Part shown: positions 14,001 to 26,000 of the stretch, one piece after another
How the letters are laid out: each line of letters opens with the position of its first letter
How positions within the stretch are numbered: position 1 is the stretch's first letter
Assembly (NCBI GenBank): GCA_963924565.1
Contig: OZ004610.1
Coordinates: 15,934,001-15,998,000 of the forward strand
Reading direction: 5' to 3'
DNA from: Ascidiella aspersa
Lineage: Eukaryota
DNA length: 64,000 nucleotides
The notes under the pieces: model-generated
Database searches by the model: none
What the model was told of the DNA's origin: nothing
The model's input: only the letters and a program-made list of their open reading frames with translations
Made by a program: the position numbers and the translations under genes

Positions 14001-17000
14001 ATTTTTGAAAGAGTACACATACTGTACAACAGGGGTCAGCAAACTTTTTCTAGTCGCCGGTTAAAACCAAACTCAGAAAGGTCTCTGCGGCCGCACAAAA
14101 TTAATTATGTTATTAAAATGTTAGAACAACTGTTAATCAGGCGAGCTTCGGATATGTTTTTGCACTTAAAATCGTGTTTAGTTACTTTCAAGGAGGCAGT
14201 AAAGTGTTGGCGCAAAGCGGGACAAAAAGCGTTTGTTAGGTTCAAAATTCGAGTCCACACGTCGTTATTCATATTGAAAAGTGTAATAAAACCACTTTGA
14301 TAAAACGCGATAACGTTAATGGTTAATCTAGTTCAGTGTTTGTTAACATACTGTATTCCGGGCGCACCTGGCGAGCGCGATTTTTTCTGGGTATACCGGC
14401 ATTTCTTTCAAATTTCTTGGAAGTTTTTATTACATTTCCAAAATAAAAATTAAAAATGTATGTCCAATATTTTTGATGACGTTTTCTGTTTGTATGCGAC
14501 GGCACTTGGGGTCAGTCCTCCACAGCACAAGAAGCGCTAATCTAGTTCAAATGACAGCATCATAACGTAAACAAACCTGATGTATAAAGATCGTTAACGC
14601 AAAGCGCGAAAATTTTTCGCACTTACGTAGTTAAAATAGTCAAAAAGTATGAGAAATGGACTCGTGTCTAGTTTGTCAAAGGACAAATTACGGCCCACGG
14701 GCCGTAGGTTGTCGGCCCCTGCTGTACAACATATATGACTGTGCAAGCATTTAATTTCTTGTCATATCGCCACGGACCACCTGTGCAGTGGTCGCGGACC
14801 ACCAGTGGTCCGCGGACCACAGTTTGGGAAACCCTGCTTTATAACATTCTATTACCGGCTGATTTAATATATGATTGCTTTAATGCATGACTAATCTTGT
14901 AGATATGGCAACACATGTCTAATGCTTATGCTGCAAGACACCCTGTTAAGTTGCTGTTATTCCTGTGTTACCAGGTGTTAGCATTCGTTGTTATGCTCAC
15001 TCGGTATTAATTTTTTTGTTATATACTTATATCATTATACATATAAAATGTTTTATAGTAAATACTACTTTCAGACTTGGCGTTGGTAAAATGAAAGATA
15101 ATTTTATCACCTTAAACTTGAGTTCAGGCTCTATCACGTATCTGTAGAATCGTTTGATGGGCAACTCTGAAAGTTTCTCACGGCAGTTCATGTAGATCTT
15201 CACATTTGCTCCAAGTGCTTCATGGAGCACCTGAATATGACAAATCTTAACTAGAAAACACACGAGCTTCACAAAAGGCTGTAATGCAATTATAATTTTA
15301 ATTTTTAACGAACAATTAACCTGTAAACCACCGAAATTCGAAACAATAAAGGGTTAAATGTTAGGCAGAAAACCGCTATATATAACCTTTGGTGGTTGAG
15401 CATTGAATTGAAGATGAATAGAAAGAACGTGGCGCACATTACTGTTGCAAATTGATTCCCTTACCATAACAATGGGGATAATTTCCTGCGCCTTCTCACT
15501 GGCTGGGTCAACCACTAGGGTGATGTCGTAAGGTGAAGTTTCCGATTCCGTGCCCGCGATCTTTATGACGCTGTGCTGCTGTCGCAAGTTGGAAAGGTCA
15601 CGTCGCTCCAAGTCGGACTTCGGTTGCGAGGCAAGGTGACTGTTAAGCTTCATAATCAGGTCGCTTCCTGTTGACAATTGGTGAGAAATTGTTCAATGAC
15701 ATTTAGATACCATTATCGTTTTGTTGCTCGCGTTTTTTCTGCTTTTTTTCTTCGTGTGTTTTCCGTTTATTGTACAAGCGTTCAATGTCATTCACCCTGA
15801 CGAAGACGGCTTGCATAGGTTGCCGAAACGTTGGTCAAGAAATAAAATTACCAGAGGAGCTGTTTTTTTACTTTATATATTAGATACATTTAGTTGTTGG
15901 GACTGCCAACACTGAAGAAAACATAATGTTAAAGAGACAATTCTAAATTCGGGCCAATCAAAGGTTATTATTTTTTGTGGTAAGGCCTACCTTTTGCAAT
16001 ATAAACCCTCCAAAAAAGTTGGAGGTGATTGTGCATTGAGATTGCACGACAGATATCCTTATCTATATTTCATTGTAGTAGGTAGAAAAACAAATATTTC
16101 TTTAGTAGGCCTAATAAATAATTTGAGCAGCAATAAAACCTAATTTAACGACTTGATTCAACGTAACGTGTTATTTTTTTTGCAACCGGTGGATTTTATA
16201 GCTAATAATATTGATTAATCAATCAAGATATAGTCAGGTGCGACTGTCGCATCATTAATATTAAGTGTTCCCTGAATCAAATATTTCGTAACTGTTGTTA
16301 ACAAACTGTAACAACAACATTTTTTTCCTAATTTAAAAATATCAATTTTGTCCTCCATTCAGGTATTCGCAAATATTTGTAAGGTAATATAACATTTACT
16401 AAAATGTTGTGCTATCGTTGTCTTTTTTAACAGTTTATTTGATTTTTTACTTGCTATGTGGTTCATCATACGAATTGGGGTCGAATATGGACATCTATCG
16501 TTTGATTTAAGTTAAATACAACTGATAAAATTTTAAGAGAAGCGAAAACCTGTTTTATGACACGAAAAATCGTTTTTTAAAGAAGGCCGACTAAACCTGA
16601 CAAACAGTACTGCGCATTATTATCACCTTGTGGTGCTGTAAGTTCTTTCTTGAATGACTTGACAGCCGAATCGATGATTTTTGCTGCTGTCGAGTATATG
16701 AGAGACTCGATTAAGTGGAAGTCATCGGAGGCAAACTTCTCATCGGGCTCGAGAGGTCCGATCACCTGAAATGTATATGATTTAAAAAAATGAAATACGA
16801 TATGTGGTTGTAGCTTCATAACAGTGTCTTGTGTTTGGGTCGTTACAAAAGAGTATGAGAGTTCACATATTACGTGTAAAAAGTAATTGCTGAACTGTTA
16901 AAAGTTTGGACTGTACTTTGATATGTATGTATATTAGGGTTGTTCAAAAAAACACTTTTTTGTCAAATTTCAGTGGGGACCCCCTGGAATTGTTAGGTTG

Positions 17001-20000
17001 CGTCTAAAAACCCCACAAACCAAATCTGAGCACATTTGGTTCAGTATTGACCGTGCTACGTCAATTTGAAAATTCAGATTTGGGCTGAAATTTTGAAAAA
17101 TATGAATTGTCCTCCCCCTAAAAATTTTTTTTTTCTTTTTTTGCATTGCTTTGCAATTGAATAGCCATAAATAAACCTGTTTTGCAGTAAAAAAATGAGT
17201 AGTCATGGTACAAATGTCACATTTTCTGAATTTTCAAATTGACGTAGCACGGTCAATACTGAACCAAACGTGCTCAGATTTGGTTTGTGGGTTTTTTACA
17301 CACAACCTAACAATTCCAGGGGGTCCCCACTGAAATTTGACAAAAAAGTGTTTTTTGAACAACCCTAATCTATATGTTAACCACTTTGCACCTAAACTCA
17401 ATGTTTCCCATCTTACAGAATAGAGGGCCAACTTCAGATGTGCTGTAAAAGGAACATGCGGACATACCTTTCCGTTAGCAACCACCGCAGTTTGTCCGCG
17501 ACGAAGGCCAAGCACGGAAACTGACCAGTCCAGGTGAGCGGCCAATTGGGGCACGGCCACTTCCGGTTGCGTCATCAGTTTTTCGAAGGCGTTTTTATCC
17601 ATTCCGCCCACGAAATAATCCGAGAAGGTTTTTTCCCCAGTGACGATCTTGCGAGCATTTTCCTCTTTCATCTGAAAAAAAATTGGACATTCTTCGCTAG
17701 TTCAATAGGTTTTCCGTCGCGAAGTCACGTAAATCGGTTAAAAAGGGACGCTATTTAAGTATTATTTTATTATTAACTGATTTATCAAAGCCCCATTGTA
17801 TTTTTTGTGGAATGACTATATATTTTAGCCTAACTTCCACGTTCACCTATTCAAGGGGTTGTTAAACTCGGGTCGCGCCCCCAGAGCGGTGCAGCAAAGC
17901 ACGGGGCGCAAAAGGCTCACTGAGAAATAAACATTGTTCTAATTTCTTTAGTACACATTTTTTTAAACAAATCATTTTTTTTAACTATTTCCGTTGCTGA
18001 CACATATCATTTTATTCCAATCAGGCAATCACTTAATCTATTTTTGTCGGCAATATTATTTTTTTGTTTTTTATATATATATAGTTACAGTTCAGCAGGA
18101 TTCTCACCATACACATAGTGTTGTCAGGGGAAGTTCCAAAAGCCAACTTTTACCAGTAAAATGCGAAATGTAAAGGAAATCTTTGAACCCAAAGCCGTGT
18201 ATATTATGGCATATGTTGTGTTGTATGAAATCATATATTTTAGATTTGCAAAGAATGATAATTGTAACTTAATAACACACATATTTTGTTCTTTACATGC
18301 TGATATACATAATAACATTGACAAACTGACGTTTAAGAGAACCAATATCAAACAACTTTCGCATAACTAGTGAGTTTTACATTTAAGTGCCTCTTTGCAC
18401 AGTCTGTGCGATGTTCCTTTTTGTTTGAAAAACCCTGCATATTGCACATAATTATGGCTACAACACATTATATTCGATAAGTTGTTTCAAGGGGGCGCGG
18501 CCACATTCAAGATACCAGGACCTATAACTTAATTTTGGGAAAATAAACGAAACGCTAAACTCAAAGATCAATTTAAGAAGGGTGTGCACTGCGCAGAGTG
18601 CACTGTGCAAATTGATTGATTGATGCGAAAGCAAGACACATATAAAAAAGGCTTAACCTTCTATTGCTAACATTTTTATAACACAGCGTCAGTATAACCA
18701 TGATTAAGCATTTCAAACAAAAAACACACATGAAACATGATATTTACGTTTGACCTTTGCAGCTTCGCCTAAAACCACTTATTGTTATGTTTCTTAAATG
18801 CGGCGTATGACTATTAAATGAAACTATTTGTTTTTATGTGGTGTTTACAATTTAATAAATATTGCTTAAATAAACTTGTCTAAGACACAGTCCACTCTGG
18901 CTGCTTTATAAACTATTATAATATTCTGTATAAAATAATATTAGAGTCATAAAATAACAATCCTATCAGTGTAGTCCTTTAATAGACGACAGCCAAATGA
19001 ACATGATCAACTATCTACTGACCAGTTTGGTGATGAAGTTCCTGGCGTTGTTGGCGCTCTGTGTTGCCAACGCCACTTCATAAGCTCGCGCAAACATCGC
19101 GTTATTGACTCCGCTTTCCATCTTAAGGTTGTGAATAACCGCTAGTCGCGTGTGGCTGCTCGACTTCTATAAAATACAAGGGAAAAAGATTGAAGACTAT
19201 AAAGTACTGACGCATCCCTGAAAACGCATAGTGAAGTTTTCTTAAACGTTACGCAAATGCTAGGGTGCAATTACTAATTCAAGGCGTCACACATCAACAT
19301 AAATGAACTAAATGTAACTTGTCGAGACTTCAAAGTCACAATAAAAAATAATTGCAATTAAAGCTATACAACAAATTAAATTAACATTACACGCGTTACG
19401 CATTTCAAAAGACCCCTAATTGATTTATTATAAAGCAGTCGTGCTTACAACTTGTTTTAACGCGTTGTAAACAATCGCCCTTCCGTCTTCGCTCTCGACA
19501 TCTGCCACCAGCCACATCGTCACTGGCCGAATAAACTTGCTGCCGTCACTTTTTGAGATGTAACTACAAAAAAAAAGAAAAAAACTCTTTCCACCGTAAT
19601 TTACAATAACATTGCATATGTTGGGTATAGTGCGTTGTATGTTTCGTCTTGAACACTTTCAGGTAGAAAAATAATTAGATTAGATGAAATACTTTAAACA
19701 AGAGTGTGTATAACTAGGAAAGGAAAAATCTACTAGAATTTTCGTTGTTGAACAAAATGTAAGAATCCATTATGCTGGGTAGGCTCTCATAACTATTTGC
19801 AAAATCACGTCGTAACAGGTCCGTGTAAATTTTCTAGACTCGTGCTACAGCCGCTGAATATCATAAAAAAGGTGCAATTTGCAATATCATAAAAAAGTTT
19901 ACAACATGTTACAGCAAAAAAGCGAAAGCATTTTTGAAAAGCGATCAGCCTAAAACAAAAATCACTATTAAATTTTCCTCGTGTAGATAGTCTAGATCAG

Positions 20001-23000
20001 GGATGGCGAACCACTGACACGAAGTGACCCACCACTGCCTTCTCAATGACCCACTTGAGGTTCAAAAAATGTAATAAAATGTTAACAAATATTTAAGTGA
20101 CTAAACTTTTGTATTTGTAAATATGTCCAGTTTTAGACGTTTATGACTTCAGAAACGTTTATGACTTCACAAACCTTTAATGACGTTTTGTGTTTAGTAG
20201 CCAGTTTATACTTCATTTAGCACTGAGCACAGTTAAAAATAGTTGCTGGTGTTATCCTAACCTTTCAGGCAAGTCTAAATTAGACCTTTGACTGTAAATT
20301 ATTTTACAAGTAGTGAATATCATAAAAAAATATATCAACCGTCATTTCGAGAGCAATCACGATAATTTGTGCTCTATGAAAGAGAATGAAAAGTTTGAAG
20401 TGATTCAGAGAGTAGTAAAGCAACATAAACAGCAAACCAGTGGCTTTAAGAATATCTTCGGAAAACCACTTTCTGACGGTGCTTACGTAAAAGAAGCTTT
20501 CAAAATATGTTCAGAGATGCTATTTGAAGATTTTCCAAATAAAACTGCTATTCTCAAAAAATTGATCAGCTACCTGTGGCAAGAAACACAGTAAAGGATA
20601 GAATAATTGCGTTGAACGAAGATGTTACTGACCAGATGTTACTAGATTTAAGGAATGCAGGATTGTTCTCAATTTGTTTGGATGAGAGTACAGATGTTAC
20701 CTCATCTTCCCGTTTAGCAGTTATCGCAAGATTTCGAGCAGGAAATATAATGAAAGAAGATCTCATTAAACTAATGATATATCTGAGAAAACTAGAGGTC
20801 GATGTAATGACTGAACTAAAGAAATAATTTACTAAGCTAGGGATAGACATGCAAAATATTGTATCGATAACGACTGACAGCATGATTGGGAAACATATTG
20901 GATTTGTCCAGTTACTAAAACAGGAGTTGAAGCGCAGCTTTGTTGAGTTTCACTGCATCATACAAGCCCTTTGCGCTAAATCCCTGAAATCTCTTAAAAA
21001 CGTTATAACTGTTGTAACAAAAATATTGAACTATATTGCAGCTCATGTTCTTAATAAACGCCAGTTTCCAAATTTGTTGAACTCGTGTGATAGTGAATTT
21101 TTTTTCTGGATTACTTATGTACAATAATGTAAGGTGGTTGAGTTGTGTCAATGTATTAAGCCGATTTGTTGAGTTGTTGGAAGAAGTAACACTATTTTTA
21201 GCTGAAAAAAATCATAATTATCCCGAATTAAGAGAAACTATGTGGTTGACCGATTTGCATTTCTTTGCTGATTTTACAGTGCATAACAATATTTTAAATA
21301 CTAAATTGCAAGGTTGTGGAAACACTGCATTGTCGATGTTTGGGCATGTTAAAGCATTTGAAAAGAAACTCGCTGTCTTTTCTGCAGACCTTGAACAAGG
21401 TAAGCTGAAATATTTTCCACAGCTACAGAAGCACTTTGCCAGCACCGATTTAGCTCACGACCAAAAGAAAAATGCCCTCGACAAGTATGTTTTGCTGACG
21501 AAGCAGGCCAAAGATGTAATGTCAGAAAGATTTGCCCAGTTCCGAGAGCTAGATTCTACATTGCAGTTTATTCTTTCCCCACATACAATTCAATTTGAAA
21601 CTCTTGAATTGTCGAAGTTTGAATGGCTTCGTCTTTCCAACTTTGGAAATATGATAGACTTCCAAGAAAGTGCAATTTGGAAAAAAAATTTATAGATTTG
21701 AATTACCACCTACAAAAAACTGAAGGACAAAATGGATGGCAGCGAAGTTATTGCAATTGAACGCCGTGTGGAAAATATAATCCTCACAGAATGGAATTCC
21801 CTACCAAACTCGTTTGAAAACATGGCGAGTCATGTTTTCACACATGAATTTCACAAAATCGAGTACCAGAAATCGTCTCAGCTCAGATATAGTGCTGCAT
21901 GTGTTAAGTTGAAAACTACACATTACCAGCCTAGGATCACAAGATTTGCAGAGAAGATGCAGCAACAGGTTTCTCATTGATATCATTAAATCTGTGACCC
22001 ACTTTGCTTTTTTTCAGGATTAAGGTCTCGTCTATGACCCATTCACTTAAAAAGGTTCGCCATCCCTGGTCTAGACTCTGTCTAATCCAGTGTTTCTTAA
22101 TCAGGTGAATGGTTCACCCCAGGGTGAATAAAATTTTTGCAAGGGTGAACCAACCGATAGGGGTGAATAAGGGTGAACCGTCAAAAACGGATGATAGCTT
22201 GTGAAACAATCAAACAACCTAAGCAATTTTATGCTGTTATATATATATAGACAAGATAGTTTTACCATATCATGAGACAAGGGTGAATGAAATCTGGAGA
22301 TATATGCTAGGGGTGAACAAAACTAAAAAAGTTTAAAAAGCACTGGTCTAGTCTAAACCCTGATTGGAAATACTTACGACTGGCCAAGAAACTTTGCAAG
22401 AGTTGCAGTTTTATCAGTGGATGATAATTCGCTAAATTCCTTAGCTTTCCAATAAGTGGTTTCTACAAAAATATAAAATAAATTTAGAAATCCAGCTGTG
22501 ACAAAGCCGGTTGGCTTAGGATGTACATTTTTTAGTTTTAAGAATTAAATTGAAAAACTCTAGAAGATTTTACTGGCATATAAACCATTGCAAAAACAAT
22601 GCAACCTTTGATCGAAATAAAGAAATGGTGAACTCGGGGATAATTACTCATTTAGTGCAAGTTGTCATAGAGTATCCTAAAAAATCATGTCGTATATCGA
22701 GTGTTCACACCATTTCAAATTTTATAATTTCATACTAAATCCCGCAGAAGCGAGAAAATTAACGATTGAACCAAGTTGCCGACCTGGCTTAGCAAAGCCG
22801 AGAAAACTCAGGTAGTTGTCTTCGGCTTTGAGAATAATTTCGTTGAAGCGTGACACGACACCAGGTCGCGTCATCAAGTAGTCGAACACGTTCATTTTGT
22901 TGTCGATGTTTCCCATGTAAACCGCGCGCTGAATTCCCGACGTGGCATCTAAAATCTTTTCGATCACCACCTGAAAAAGAAGGGCTAATGTTGTTGAACC

Positions 23001-26000
23001 CTACCGAGTCGAGACTCCAGCCATTTTTCCCTCTGGGTTTCCTTGAGCGGTAGAATAGAACAAACGATAACCAATCCTAATCATGTCTAAAAAACAAATT
23101 TAGCCGCTATTGCCTTACAAGCAACGGACCCTTATCTCCGCCACAAATAAGTTAAAATCGTTTACCTTGTGTCATGCAAAGTATTAACTCGGGCCCTATC
23201 TCTACGCCGGCACCTGCTCCCCAGTGGAGACGAGTTGCCAAGAGGAATGGGCTCTCGACTAAAACACACTTTATTACGCCATTTCCGGCCTCCCTCTTAA
23301 GTAATGGGAAGAACCCCATTTTACTTTCCCGTATAAATTCACCATTGCTAGACAAAATTAAATTACATACAAGTATAGCCAAAATAGTACAAAAAAGCGA
23401 TTTTTTTGTAAAACAACTTTTGAAAGTGAAAGCTGTATTAAACGTCTCAGATTAAAATAGAAGCAATAGACTTGTGCTACTAAAGTGTTTACTTAATTGT
23501 AAACGCATGCAAAAAACTAAAATGGCAACATGCTTTTTTATTCTGTATACAATCAGGTCAGACCAAGGAGCATTGTATGTACAGATTTTTGCCTTATCAC
23601 GGCTTTCGTTGTAATATTTATGCTTATGTTAAGTAGTTCGAGTGATCTTTAAACAAGATTCAAACGCAGATTCTGTCTAACCAGTAAGGGGCCTAATAAA
23701 AAAAGATTTCTCTGTATTTTGGTTGGCAATGTTATTTAAACATCCTTGAATCGTACCTGTTCAAAGTTGTCAGGTGAAATGTCGTCTTCCGTTAGCAGCA
23801 TTCCATTTAGCAAAACGTTTACTTCGCCGGTCAACCCAGACCTGGCGTAAAACGCTTTGCCCAGTTTACGTTGTTCATCGTACTCTGAACTATAAACAAA
23901 GGGCCACATGTTTTGTTCTATACTTACGTTCAATATTAAAGTTGTATAAACTCCGTGGAGAAACACGATGCTAATGTTTTTTAGTACTATTTTCAAATTG
24001 TTTGGTAACAAATAGCATTCTTAATAGCCCAAGTGATTTTACAAAAATGAACCTTTCTTTAAAATATGTCATTTTCGGGGGCCTGTTTTTGTTTAGGTTT
24101 AACATCACATCTGGGGTCTCTCCTTATGTTTAAAATAGGGATTTTTGTAATGTAATTTTATACTCCAAAGTGTTTAAAATCACTTCATATCCAAGCAAAA
24201 TGGACAAAAGCATTCACGAACTTACTCTGGGCCGAAAATGTCATCGAGTTCCGCATCTTTAAACTTTTTTTTTAGTCTTTCTTTCACGTGTTCAACGGTG
24301 ATCACGTCATCTTCGCCCAGTGATTTAAATATCTGCCACAAGCGACAGACGTCTTTGTTTTGTCGATATATTTCACAGACTAAATATGAACTATACGAAA
24401 CAGAATAGCTGTCAATACATTCAGGCAGATTCTGTTATTCGAAAGGAAACTCCATATCTATAGCCGTCAAATAATAATTAACGTTATCCCGGTGCTACTC
24501 TGCTCTATTGTGTAAGTTTAAGTTTTTCTAAACTTAACCTTGATAACAATCAATTAAAAGTCAAAAATTTTGTGTGAATTTTTTTTTACTATTGAGCTAT
24601 TTTGGCGTAAACAAATATTGAGTTTAATAAAGGAAATAGACTTACCCCAGCAAAAAAGGAGAACGTTTTCTCAGAATCATCCAGCTCATCTTTAGCGTAG
24701 TTGTAAGCTCTCACCAGAGCAACTCCAGCATCTTTGTTGCCATCCACGTTGGGCGAGTCGTCAACCACCATCGAGAAACCTCAAAGTATCGACAAGCGTT
24801 TGAGATGTAAATGCAAACCCTGTTTGGCTTTGGTAAATATTATGTTTCGAAATTAACAAGGTGGCGTTTCTTGTATTAAAACAGGAGCAAAATTGCATTT
24901 TTCGTCAAAATGGTAAATGCTACATATGAGCAAATATGTTGATTTAATCAAAGACTCAAAAAACTAACACAAAATTGTAATGCAACGAAAATGTTGGAAA
25001 TAATTTAAATTAAATTTACGAAAAGAAAATACATTTGTTTGCAATAGAATGCACGAAAAATAGCCAGTTTGACTACCATAATGTTGGCATGCACTTTTAA
25101 AGCAATATGCCCCAAAAGCATGACTTTCTTAACAGTCTAAAAGTTTGCCGCCAAACGCCAGTTACCGATTCGGAGAGGCACGTCGTTCGCCCAAAAAATC
25201 TCGGCTGACTCAACGAGGTACTTCATGTCTTCGTGCGTGGGATCGCAAACGATTACCAGGTGAAACATGTTCTTCCTAATCCTTCGCAGGGTGCCGGGAA
25301 AGGCTGGCCTCAGCATCTCGTGCAGGTTGGAAGGCCAGCGCGAGTACTTCTCGTCGTTTTCCACGTCGTTCAGCCACTGTTCAACCGACAAATTATTGGT
25401 AAAAGTTTGAGGGACGCCCGAGCCCCCGACCATTGCGTTTTCGGCAAGTACGTATTATATATATATTAGGGGATATATTGGTCAAGACCGAATTGGGGGA
25501 TGGGGTAACCTTTAAAGGATAACATTACGTAAACGCAAAAATGGTTCATAATAAAAAAAACAATGAAATTTAAAGCCATTACGCAAATACTTTTTAGTGC
25601 ATTACCACATAAAAATAAAAATGGAATAACGGGTAATTACTTTTGATCATATTAAGAGAGTAATGCAATAAAGCAACATAACAAACTTTTACAATTTTTT
25701 TATATTTTACATGCGTCTCAAAAGTTCTCGGAAACAAGTGATCTATTAAGCATTAAAAAACTCGCTGCAAAATACGACGGTACTTTTTTAATGCCGTATT
25801 ACTATTGCTTGACGTGATACTTTTGCAACACAAAGGGATTTTAACAGTGAATAAAATCTGCAAAATATCCACACGTGGCACTTCATGTAGCCACCAGTCC
25901 AACTGCATTTGATTCACGCATAATAAAGATTAAGTGAAGGAATTCTAATCGCCAAGTAATTGGAAAGAAGACAAAATAATGCCTCGCTGAATGAACATAT

